In this document: piece after piece, positions 16,854 to 25,493 of the stretch
Layout: every line of letters begins with the position of its first letter
How positions within the stretch are numbered: the stretch's first letter is position 1
Assembly (NCBI GenBank): GCA_013204555.1
Contig: JABMNO010000024.1
Location: 14,397-46,396 of the forward strand
DNA length: 32,000 nucleotides
Source of the DNA: Chloroflexota bacterium
GTDB taxonomy: Bacteria; Chloroflexota; Dehalococcoidia; Lucifugimonadales; Lucifugimonadaceae
Direction: 5' to 3'
The notes under the pieces: generated by a model
Databases searched by the model: none
Seen by the model: the letters and a program-made list of their open reading frames with translations, nothing else
Told to the model about the DNA's origin: nothing
Translations under genes and position numbers: made by a program

Positions 16854-17864
16854 TCAGGCCGATTTCACCCTCTTAACGAGCTCGGCAACCTGGTCGTCCG
16901 AGCCAACAGTCGCCGGCAGTGACACCCGACTCGCGTACTGAAATCGGTTGGAAATCGTCTCTGCCATCGTCTCAAACGTTCCGTGGGCGGTGAACTCGCG
17001 GACCACGTCGGGTGATATCTCGTCTGGCATCTGCTCCCACTGCCCGTTCACGGACATCTCGTGCAGCTTCACTCCCAGGTCTTCCAGGCCATGCGCGGCG
17101 AACACGCCGTGATAAGTGCGCGTTGAACCGTAGAACGCCACCCGCGAGCGCAGCGAGTGAAGCTCCTGCTCCACCGCGTCCTCGTCCATGCCCAGTGCCA
17201 TCAGTCCTCCCGCCGATATCTCGATTTCAGATGGATCGCGCCCCTCTGAAATCGCGGCAGCGCGTAGCGTTGGAAGGGTGACATCGTGCACGTATTTCGA
17301 CGTAGTGAATGCGTGCGGCAGCAGGCCATCAGCTACGCGGCCAGCCACTTTAGTCATCTCGGGTCCGACCGCCGCAAGATATACCTTCGGCGTGGGTTCA
17401 TCGTTCGGTCCCATATTAAATGCTGGCGGACAAAGCGTGAAGTTATAGAACTCGCCCTCATATGGCACAAGTTCGCCCGACTGGAACGTTGCCCAGACTG
17501 CACGCATGGTCCGTATGTAATCTTCCATCCGCCGCGCAGGTGACCGCCACATTCCAGTGCTGAACCGCCGCTCGTTATGTCCCTTGACCTGCGAGCCGAG
17601 GCCGATAGAGATCCGTCCGCCGGTCATCCGCTGAAGCTCCCACGCCATCTGCGCCAGCACGAACGGGCTTCGTGGAAAGGCAATGATGACGTGCGTGCTG
17701 ACTTCAATGCTGGTGCTGACGTGCGCTGCAAGCGTCCACCGCATCGTCGCCTCATTCATCACCTCGGAGGTGGCGGCTACATCAAAGCCCAATCGTTCAA
17801 GGCGCTTTACCTGCTCCGGAACCTTCTCAAGAGGACCATCACCAAAATGCCCGACAACTTTCAT
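16854..17864 (-). CDS. LLM-class oxidoreductase, F420-dependent-like subgroup
   Basis: GGAG lies 6 nt upstream of ATG 17864. MKVVGHFG...VKRLERLGFDVAATSEVMNE...RISIGLGSQVKGHNERRFS resembles the F420-dependent LLM subgroup. The cofactor call is inference. Confidence 0.8.
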   Translation of the reverse strand: MKVVGHFGDGPLEKVPEQVKRLERLGFDVAATSEVMNEATMRWTLAAHVSTSIEVSTHVIIAFPRSPFVLAQMAWELQRMTGGRISIGLGSQVKGHNERRFSTGMWRSPARRMEDYIRTMRAVWATFQSGELVPYEGEFYNFTLCPPAFNMGPNDEPTPKVYLAAVGPEMTKVAGRVADGLLPHAFTTSKYVHDVTLPTLRAAAISEGRDPSEIEISAGGLMALGMDEDAVEQELHSLRSRVAFYGSTRTYHGVFAAHGLEDLGVKLHEMSVNGQWEQMPDEISPDVVREFTAHGTFETMAETISNRFQYASRVSLPATVGSDDQVAELVKRVKSA

Positions 17865-17981
17865 CGATTACTCCGATCCCCCGGGTTCACTGCATAGAAC
17901 CCCCAACTTAAGTTCCGCCTGCGGTATATTCGACCCACACACGATTACTCGCAAGTTCAGCATCGGGACTCAAACACAATC

Positions 17982-19031
17982 TTGAAACTTTCCATCCTCG
18001 ATCAATCGCCAATTAGCTCAGGTAAAACGGCGCATGAAGCCGTGCAGGCGACACTCGATCTTGCCGAAGCGGCTGATCGACTTGGCTACACCCGCTACTG
18101 GCTTGCCGAGCACCATAGCTCCGGCACCCTTGCCGACGCCAGCCCGGAAATCCTCCTTGCAGCGGTTGGCGCACACACGAAAAACATCAGGATTGGATCC
18201 GGTGGTGTGATGCTTTCGCACTACAGCCCACTCAAAGTGGCTGAAGTGTTCCGAATGCTGGAGGCGCTCTACCCTGGCCGTATCGACATGGGCCTTGGAC
18301 GGGCGCCCGGATCAGATCAGGTTGCTACGTACGCCCTGCAGCCAGGCCCCAACGCCTACCCGCTTGAGCAGTATCCGCAGCAGGTGTACGACCTGATGCG
18401 CTATCTCAGCGAGACGTTCCCGGACGAGCATCCGTTTAGCAACCTGCGTGCAATGCCCGCCGCACCGGACTGGGCAGTGCCCTGGCTGTTGAGTTCTTCA
18501 ATGGGTAGCTCGCGAATCGCGGCCGAGTTGGGGCTCCCGCTGTCCTTTGCACACTTCATCTCTCAGGATGGGGGACCGGGCTGCGTCAAGTGGTATCGGG
18601 ATAACTTCAAGCCGTCCCGATGGTTCGATGAGCCACGCGTAAACATTGGAATCTCAGCGATCACGGCCGATACCGCAGCGCGAGCCCATGACCTCGCAAC
18701 CTGCCGACACGTAATGCGCTTGATGCGCAACAAAGGGCAGGAGATGAAGGGCATCCCGTCCGTCGAAGCTATCAAGGCGATGAGTTTCAGCGGCGCTGAT
18801 GAAGGATTCATTGAGCAGCAACGCGCGAAGTCGATTGAAGGCGACCCGGAGACGGTCAAAGGACTGATCGAAAACCTCGCTGAGCGGTACGAAACAGACG
18901 ATGTAATCGTCCTGACAATCACCCACGACTACGCAGAACGCCAGCGCTCATACGAGTTGCTGGCCGAGGTGTTCGGTCTGAACGGCGAAGGCCGCGTCGA
19001 CAACTCCATACTGAAGGTAGAAGCAGAATGA
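17982..19031 (+). CDS. LLM-class flavin oxidoreductase, 'luciferase family oxidoreductase group 1' (YhbW-like)
   Basis: (TTG)KLSILDQSPISSGKTAHEAVQATLDLAEAADRLGYTRYWLAEHHSS...GGVMLSHYSPLKVAE is the canonical N-terminus of this subgroup. That supports the TTG start at 17982. Confidence 0.85.
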   Translation: MKLSILDQSPISSGKTAHEAVQATLDLAEAADRLGYTRYWLAEHHSSGTLADASPEILLAAVGAHTKNIRIGSGGVMLSHYSPLKVAEVFRMLEALYPGRIDMGLGRAPGSDQVATYALQPGPNAYPLEQYPQQVYDLMRYLSETFPDEHPFSNLRAMPAAPDWAVPWLLSSSMGSSRIAAELGLPLSFAHFISQDGGPGCVKWYRDNFKPSRWFDEPRVNIGISAITADTAARAHDLATCRHVMRLMRNKGQEMKGIPSVEAIKAMSFSGADEGFIEQQRAKSIEGDPETVKGLIENLAERYETDDVIVLTITHDYAERQRSYELLAEVFGLNGEGRVDNSILKVEAE

Positions 19032-19059
19032 GCGACCGACCCAACAAATTGTTTATCGT

Positions 19060-19746
19060 TCAGGAACCGTAGTACCGATCCAGACGTTTGAATTCTTCTC
19101 GGACCGACTTGAGTGCCCGCCCCTCAGACTGAAGTAGCAGTACTCCTCTCATCTGCTCAACATCCGTTATTGATCCAGTCGTCAAATACTGAGCCTTGTT
19201 GAATCGAATTTGTTTGTATGAGTCAGAAAGCGCGATGAAATGGTCCAATTGGAGACGATGCAACAATGCGGTTTCTGTTGAGATTTCCAATTGCTGCAAT
19301 TGCTCAATCGACGTGTCCAACTTAGACAAGGCACTATCAAGGACTGATATGGCGCCTTGAAGCGCCGACTGCAATGCCTCTGGAATGTAGATATCGGAAG
19401 GAGTGGAAAGATTTGCTAAGATTTGCTCGACGCTCAGATCATCAAGAAAGACGACTTTAGGGGCAACGGGCCCTACCATCTCGCCAAGAGTACGATCAGG
19501 ATTGTTAGGATCTGCTTGACCGGTCACCAATTGAAGATACTGAAGCGCCTGAATGACCTTCCCATCAGTATTCAAAGTCCGTTCTACAATCGGGTCCGCT
19601 GCGATGACGTAAGCATTGACTTCGGTACGAGCGACTTGAAATGACGTCGCTTGAGCGGTTGCCGAGACCGATACCGCATCCAACTCAGAATTGCAGCCAA
19701 ATGCAATAGATATTGCTATCGCGCTAAGGATCAATTGTCGGTACAA
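19060..19746 (-). CDS. Hypothetical lipoprotein (coiled-coil-rich)
   Basis: TTG start (no in-frame ATG upstream). (M)YRQLILSAIAISIAFGC-NSE has a lipobox (AFGC). The gene is visibly more AT-rich than its neighbours. No family recognised. Confidence 0.55.
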   Translation of the reverse strand: MYRQLILSAIAISIAFGCNSELDAVSVSATAQATSFQVARTEVNAYVIAADPIVERTLNTDGKVIQALQYLQLVTGQADPNNPDRTLGEMVGPVAPKVVFLDDLSVEQILANLSTPSDIYIPEALQSALQGAISVLDSALSKLDTSIEQLQQLEISTETALLHRLQLDHFIALSDSYKQIRFNKAQYLTTGSITDVEQMRGVLLLQSEGRALKSVREEFKRLDRYYGS

Positions 19747-19875
19747 AATCGTTACCCATCGGATGGTGATGTATCGCCAATATTATCAACTGGGAGAGCG
19801 GTGCCAATATGTTGGAGTAATTGATCCGGCCACGAAACTTGCAATAATGGATGGATATCCTGACTCGAGAATCTC

Positions 19876-21372
19876 ATGAATAGCGACCGACCAAACATAC
19901 TTTTCATCCAGTCAGACCAGCATAGCCCGTTCGTGTCGGGTTGCTACGGCGATGACGTGGTTGAGACGCCGACGCTTGATGCGCTTGCCTCGCGCGGCGT
20001 GATCTTCGATAACGCATACTGCGCCTCGCCAATCTGCGTCCCATCGCGGATGTCGATGCTGTCTGGGCGGATGCCGCATGAGAACGGCGTCTGGACCAAT
20101 AGCCACATCCTGGACTCCGGCATTCCCACCTTCGCCCACTCTCTGGGGGCCGCGGGATACCGGCCGGTGCAGATTGGCCGCATGCACTTTGTTGGTACCG
20201 ACCAGCTTCATGGGTTTGCGGAGCGCTATATAGGTGATCACAGCCCAAATTTCATGGGCGGGAATCCGGTCGATCATGGCGACCTTGAGGGCACCGCAGG
20301 CCCGTCCCGTATCAGCCTGGAGAAGTCTGGACACGGCCAGAGCGCCTATGAGGTTCACGATGAATCTGTCGCCGCGACAGCGGTCGAATATCTCGAAAAA
20401 TACGCTAGCGCGCTTGATTCAGGCGAGACTGAAGAGCCGTTCTGTGTAGCCGTCGGCCTGATGCTCCCTCACCAGCCGTTCGTGGCCCGAAAGGAAGATT
20501 ACGAACACTTCAAAGGACGCGTCCCTCCGCCGGATCATCCCGAGGCAGTCACGGACTCAACCCATCCGTACCTCGCTTGGTGGCGCCGCCACACTGGCAT
20601 TGAGGAGGTGACGGAGGCGGAGATTGAGCGATCACGTACCGCCTACTGGGCACTGGTCAGCAGTCTGGACCGCATGCTGGGTCAGATCATAGAAGTCCTG
20701 GAACGGAATCAATTGCTGGATGACACGCTGATCATCTACACAACCGATCACGGCGAGCAGGTCGGAGAACACGGCCTGTGGTGGAAGCAGACCTTCTACG
20801 AGGAAGCCGCTCGTGTCCCAATGATCGTCTCGTGGCCGGACCAATTGCCACAGGGAATGCGCACTGAACGCGTCGTGAGCCAGATCGATCTCAACGCCAC
20901 GATGCTCGACCTCGTCGACGCGCCCGCGCTGCCCGGATCAAGTGGCCGCACGATGAACGGCATCATCAACGGTCAGGGCGCCGACTCCTGGGACGACACG
21001 ATATTCGTCGAATACTGCACCGAATCCGGTGACCCCTCCCACTCCGATGGTGATCGCGCCTGGCAGAATCGGATGGTCCGGAAAGGCGATTGGAAACTCA
21101 GCTACTACCACGGCTTCGAGCCGCAGCTCTTCAACCTCGGCGACGACCCACATGAGATGACCGATCTCGCCGCCAACCCGGACCACGCAGAAAAGCGTGA
21201 TGAACTAATGAGACTGGTCCTACAGGACTGGGATCCCGAAATAGTCAAAGAACAGATCCAACAATTGACCGCCGAGGGCGAAGTACTGAAATCATGGGCA
21301 AGCGCCGTCAAGCCAGATGACACGCACCGCTGGGACCTGAGACCAGAAATGGACCACGTGGACGGGGGATAG
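19876..21372 (+). CDS. Cys-type sulfatase, choline-sulfatase-like paralog
   Basis: MNSDRPNILFIQSDQHS, ASPICVPSRMSMLSGR (C-x-P-S-R), TTDHGEQVGEHGLWWK and LFNLGDDPHEMTDLA. Same architecture as the 4571-5995 gene but clearly diverged. Confidence 0.9.
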   Translation: MNSDRPNILFIQSDQHSPFVSGCYGDDVVETPTLDALASRGVIFDNAYCASPICVPSRMSMLSGRMPHENGVWTNSHILDSGIPTFAHSLGAAGYRPVQIGRMHFVGTDQLHGFAERYIGDHSPNFMGGNPVDHGDLEGTAGPSRISLEKSGHGQSAYEVHDESVAATAVEYLEKYASALDSGETEEPFCVAVGLMLPHQPFVARKEDYEHFKGRVPPPDHPEAVTDSTHPYLAWWRRHTGIEEVTEAEIERSRTAYWALVSSLDRMLGQIIEVLERNQLLDDTLIIYTTDHGEQVGEHGLWWKQTFYEEAARVPMIVSWPDQLPQGMRTERVVSQIDLNATMLDLVDAPALPGSSGRTMNGIINGQGADSWDDTIFVEYCTESGDPSHSDGDRAWQNRMVRKGDWKLSYYHGFEPQLFNLGDDPHEMTDLAANPDHAEKRDELMRLVLQDWDPEIVKEQIQQLTAEGEVLKSWASAVKPDDTHRWDLRPEMDHVDGG

Positions 21373-21466
21373 CGGCTGCGCCGTGCACTGAGTGTAGCCA
21401 CCACTGAGTTCGGTTGATGACACGTTGCCGTCTACCACCATGAGCATGTCCACCCACCAACCGTAA

Positions 21467-21500
21467 TCCCGGAATCGGAGGCCCGCTGAGATGTCCAGGA
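21467..21500 (+). repeat. Left copy of an imperfect direct repeat containing a conserved hairpin
   Basis: TCCCGGAATC-GGAGGCCCGCTGA-GATGTCCAGGA. The arms pair (9 bp plus 1 mismatch and a 1-nt bulge). It resembles 22944-22978; weaker similarity extends about 20 nt further upstream (from ~21447). Confidence 0.5.
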
Positions 21501-21588
21501 CCCAGCGCCGCGTTGCGCGTGGGAGCACCTGACACTGGCGTTCCCACACATGACTACCAATCGTTTTTAGTAGATGATAGGTAGTGGC

Positions 21589-22908
21589 ATGAGAAATTCA
21601 TTGGTGGCATTCAGAAGCACAATCACGCCCATGGCTATGCTTGGGCTTGCCCTTACGCTCGCCTGCGGCACCGAACCCGCGAGTACATCCAACGTCGATG
21701 TGGCATTTCCCCCGGTCGCCACTTTGCCAGTCGCCGCTCCGGCCGATCCTGGCGAGGTTGAAATAGTGGTCGCCGAATCAATAGTCTCCGTCACCCCCTA
21801 CAAGCTGGGAGAAGGAGAGCTTTTTCTATCGGCGCCCTCCGATTACTACGAGCCTTACGATTGGGAAACCTCACCAACCACCGAGCGCCCCGCATTCCTT
21901 GACGGTGTGGTGCAGCATCGGACGCTGTCTCCCAATGTTGGAATACGTGGACTCTCGAACACGACCACTGCACCTCGAGGCGGGGGCGAAAAGTCTCTGG
22001 GGATTAGTTCCAGCTGGCTCTGGTCTCAGGATGCTGATGCAACACCAATCGGCGCTACTCAACCATTCCCCCTGAGTGATGCAGACGAAGTTTCACTGGA
22101 AGTTGGGCAGGAGTTCATTCCCTACCTGTTATTTGGCACACATTCAGCTTTCGAGGGAACTGTGTTGGTAACCGCCATCGTGGATTATGAGCAAGTCGAA
22201 TTCGAGATGGACGGGATTAGTGGTCTACTCCACGAGTTCAAAACACTGCCCGGGCGCATGCTGGCCATCCCAATCAACTTCGGCAGTTTCGGGCCAGGTG
22301 CGCACGATATTGAGGTGATAGCGATCAACGACCCCTACAGGGGATACGGCCGGGATGACGGTGAGATGGCGATTCGCTCAATGAACGACTATGACAGGTA
22401 TAACGTGCTCTCGATTCATCCGCTCGCCTATCGAACCAGAGTCGTTGTGGGCGGCGATGAGACTCCGGCTCGCGCCTTCTCGATAGACGGCGTCGTTGGT
22501 CCGCCGCCGCCCGACATCCAATTAGGGCGGCCTGCCTATTTCGCTCAATCAGGCGCAAGCAGGCCCTGGGGCGCCGAAAGCGATCTCAGAGTTGGTGAAG
22601 GAGAGGCGGGCGAAGAGTACAACTTCAGTACCTGGTCGAGTCGGTGGGACTCCATTGGCGACGGCACGCAAGTCCTCATGCTCTTCATGGACTACAAGAT
22701 GATCCCGTTCAACGGCGACACTGTGCATTTCGCGGATTTGGCAGCCGGGGAGATGATCTCAATTGACACCACCATCGCGCTCCCCGATGAGCCAGGAGAT
22801 CACCAGTTGATCGGAATGGTGATGTACGAGCCGTATCGCAGCATGGTGGATGCGCGATTCGAAAAGTTTGAAACGTCGAACCAAAAACTGGTCATCAACG
22901 CCCGGTAA
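21589..22908 (+). CDS. Hypothetical lipoprotein with two internally duplicated beta-sandwich-like modules
   Basis: MRNSLVAFRSTITPMAMLGLALTLAC-GTE has a lipobox (TLAC); ATG 21574 is an alternative start. Two related segments are present: VLVTAIVDYEQVEFEMDG...GAHDIEVIAINDPY and VLMLFMDYKMIPFNGD...GDHQLIGMVMYEPY. No family recognised. Confidence 0.6.
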   Translation: MRNSLVAFRSTITPMAMLGLALTLACGTEPASTSNVDVAFPPVATLPVAAPADPGEVEIVVAESIVSVTPYKLGEGELFLSAPSDYYEPYDWETSPTTERPAFLDGVVQHRTLSPNVGIRGLSNTTTAPRGGGEKSLGISSSWLWSQDADATPIGATQPFPLSDADEVSLEVGQEFIPYLLFGTHSAFEGTVLVTAIVDYEQVEFEMDGISGLLHEFKTLPGRMLAIPINFGSFGPGAHDIEVIAINDPYRGYGRDDGEMAIRSMNDYDRYNVLSIHPLAYRTRVVVGGDETPARAFSIDGVVGPPPPDIQLGRPAYFAQSGASRPWGAESDLRVGEGEAGEEYNFSTWSSRWDSIGDGTQVLMLFMDYKMIPFNGDTVHFADLAAGEMISIDTTIALPDEPGDHQLIGMVMYEPYRSMVDARFEKFETSNQKLVINAR

Positions 22909-22943
22909 CCAGCGCCGGAGTTTTGTGCCCGCCCCCACCGTCG

Positions 22944-22978
22944 TCCCGGAATCGGAGGCTTCGCGGAGATATCCGGGA
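22944..22978 (+). repeat. Right copy of the imperfect direct repeat/hairpin
   Basis: TCCCGGAATC-GGAGGCTTCGCGGA-GATATCCGGGA. The 10-bp stem has a 1-nt bulge. It lies 36 nt after the stop of the 21589-22908 gene. Confidence 0.5.
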
Positions 22979-23143
22979 TCCAGGCACTCACACCTAACGT
23001 CGGCGCACACACCTCATCACCCGAATTGGTCCAGGCTGATCACACTTGGCCGTCACAGCCGATGGTCGCCCACACTCGATAGACGCGCCATACACGCCCC
23101 GCACTCGCATGGGCTGAGATGTCCATGCTACGTAGAACGCCCC

Positions 23144-24100
23144 CTAATACTGCAGATCCAGATCCACCACGTTCCGCAGCGGCTCGTCGTTCACGAACCG
23201 GCGCAGGTTCCACTCGAAGATCTCACACGTGCGTTCGTCAAGCTCCGGCGAGTTACCTGCAATGTGCGGCGTGATGATTACATTGTCGAGTCCCCACAAC
23301 TCGTTGTCCGCAGGAAGTGGCTCTGTAACAACCGCGTCCAGTCCAGCGCCTGAGATTCCACCGCTCTTGAGCGCCCTCACAAGCGCGCTGTGCTCCACGA
23401 TGCGTCCACGAGAGGTCACGATTAGATACGAGGTCGGCTTCATCAGCTCCAACTCTTCGGCGCCAATCATGTTCTCGTTTTCAGGCGTATACGGCACCGT
23501 CACGACGACGAAATCGGACGCCTCCAGCAACTCGTCCAATCGACTCAGCGGCCAGACGTCATCCAACACCGGCTCAGCTTCAACATCGTGCGCGTCAACT
23601 GCAATTACTTCCATGCCAAGTGCCTGGCAACGCCAAGCAATCTCCATGCCAGACTTCCCAAGCCCAATGATGCCAACAGTCTTTCCCATCGCCATCTGCA
23701 CAATCGTCAGACCGTAATCCTGCGCCCACTCCCGCTTCCGCTGCTTCGCCATGAAGCGCTCCATACCCCGGGAGAACATCATAATCATCGTTATCGCGTG
23801 CTCACCAATCTGCGGTGCACCGGCGCCCTGGGCGTTGGTGACTATGACGTCAGAATGAGCTATCCCCGGAATGGCGTTGAACAGGCCCTCCATCCCGGCG
23901 TCAAGCGTCTGTATCCATTTGAGCTGCTCGGCCGCTTCAAACTGGCTGCCGGTCAGGTAACCAAACACCACGTCGGCGTCGCGCACCTCGCGTTCAATCT
24001 GGTCAGGCTCGTACGCCTCTACGAAATCGACCCCCGGAAACTGTTCTTCCAGCGCCGGGTAGAACGGCTTTCCAAATTCCGGCAGCAGCAGAACTTTCAT
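23144..24100 (-). CDS. D-isomer-specific 2-hydroxyacid dehydrogenase (NAD-binding)
   Basis: GIIGLGKSGMEIAWRCQALGMEVIAVD (GxGxxG Rossmann motif), TSRGRIVEHSALVRALKSGGISGAGLDAV...EPLP and NVIITPHIAG (catalytic His). Confidence 0.9.
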   Translation of the reverse strand: MKVLLLPEFGKPFYPALEEQFPGVDFVEAYEPDQIEREVRDADVVFGYLTGSQFEAAEQLKWIQTLDAGMEGLFNAIPGIAHSDVIVTNAQGAGAPQIGEHAITMIMMFSRGMERFMAKQRKREWAQDYGLTIVQMAMGKTVGIIGLGKSGMEIAWRCQALGMEVIAVDAHDVEAEPVLDDVWPLSRLDELLEASDFVVVTVPYTPENENMIGAEELELMKPTSYLIVTSRGRIVEHSALVRALKSGGISGAGLDAVVTEPLPADNELWGLDNVIITPHIAGNSPELDERTCEIFEWNLRRFVNDEPLRNVVDLDLQY

Positions 24101-24143
24101 ACGGTGTTAAATCTCCTCTTATTCAGCGTTTTTTGATGCCGTA

Positions 24144-25493
24144 TCAGGCAAGTTTTTTCAGGAGCGCAATCGACTCCGCGACGAGCATCTCTCCCGCCTC
24201 TGGTGCGAATGGGCTTGTGGTGGTTCCGTAGTATCTGCGGAACCGGGTCTGATCGACAATCTCCACCAGCGGAATGACCGCGGTTTCTTCGTGCGGCAAC
24301 CGAGTGGATATGTAGCCGATGTAGTTGCCGGTGTAGCTGGCAACCCACGTCCGTTCCGCTCCCCCGCCCTGTTTTATCTGGGAGCCCAGCTCATTGAAGA
24401 GCTCACCGGGGCTGGCTGAGATCAACAGGTCGCCAATCTGGAACGCCTGCAAGTCGGCACGAATTGGCGGCATGTCCTGCCGTTCAGCCATCAGCAGTTG
24501 AGTCATACCGTTACCGTAGATGGCCGGATTCAGCATCCCTGCATTCGCGGTGTTCGTCCCCACCGCCCACGTCTCTCCCTGATAGACGCCAAGCTCTTCT
24601 ACCAGCACTTCATGCTGCTGCCGCGCCGCCTCAACGGTCCACGATGGCTTCTGACGCGGCAGGTTCACCATCGAAGTCGCAACATTCAGAGGCACATCAC
24701 TCACGGGCTCGATCTTCTCGATGATCCCAAGAGCTACATCACCGAGCGCTGTGCCCAACTCCGCTGCGTCTTCAAACGTCTCCATGTGCTCCGAGTCAGT
24801 GTTTCCGAACCACCAGTCGAATGGATGAATATCTCCACCCGCGCCGGAAATAAACATGCACACCGCGCCGGGATCATCGACCTCCACCTGGCCGGTTGCG
24901 ACTCCGGTGAAGTCAGCGCTCCAGTCCAGGTACTGCCCGCCAACGCACAGGTTGTGGCACGCAAAGTTGATGACACGCGCAAGCGGCGCCCCATCGGCAT
25001 GATCGACCCGCAGCACGCCCACGGATGTGTCGATCGGCTGCTCTTTGTACTGCCGATTTATCGTCATCCCCGGCAGGTCGCCCCACCCGTGCCCGGCCGT
25101 AGCTGGCGACATGTGCGCGGACGCTTCAAGGACTGCACCTGCCACGTTATCTGCGAAAACCTTCGCGTACGTCTCAAGTTCCTCGGGAATCGCGTTGATG
25201 AAATCTGGCGTGGTGTGGTTGTGCGTGGAGTTGACCAGCAGATGGCTCGCCGGGATGCCCGTGAGCTCCAGGACACGATCCTGAATGTGCTCAAGGATTT
25301 CCCGCGTGATCCCCGCCACGTCCATCGCAACAATCGCCAGCCGAACGTCGTCGTTCTCCAGCACCAGTGCCTTCGCAAACAGATCGTCATGCACGCCAGT
25401 CGAACGACCCTGCCGCAACCCCCACGCGCCCATCCGATACCCGACGGGCGGCGTAACTACTGCCGACGCAGCTCCTGCCAAAAGACTACCCAT
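24144..25493 (-). CDS. Neutral/alkaline ceramidase-like N-terminal-domain family protein (hydrolase of unknown specificity)
   Basis: MGSLLAGAASAVVTPPVGYRMGAWGLRQGRSTGVHDDLFAKALVLENDDVRLAIVAMDVAGI...NSTHNHTTP fits the bacterial ceramidase-like family pattern as I recall it. The 332-aa plus-strand ORF at 24498-25496 is its antisense shadow. Confidence 0.75.
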   Translation of the reverse strand: MGSLLAGAASAVVTPPVGYRMGAWGLRQGRSTGVHDDLFAKALVLENDDVRLAIVAMDVAGITREILEHIQDRVLELTGIPASHLLVNSTHNHTTPDFINAIPEELETYAKVFADNVAGAVLEASAHMSPATAGHGWGDLPGMTINRQYKEQPIDTSVGVLRVDHADGAPLARVINFACHNLCVGGQYLDWSADFTGVATGQVEVDDPGAVCMFISGAGGDIHPFDWWFGNTDSEHMETFEDAAELGTALGDVALGIIEKIEPVSDVPLNVATSMVNLPRQKPSWTVEAARQQHEVLVEELGVYQGETWAVGTNTANAGMLNPAIYGNGMTQLLMAERQDMPPIRADLQAFQIGDLLISASPGELFNELGSQIKQGGGAERTWVASYTGNYIGYISTRLPHEETAVIPLVEIVDQTRFRRYYGTTTSPFAPEAGEMLVAESIALLKKLA

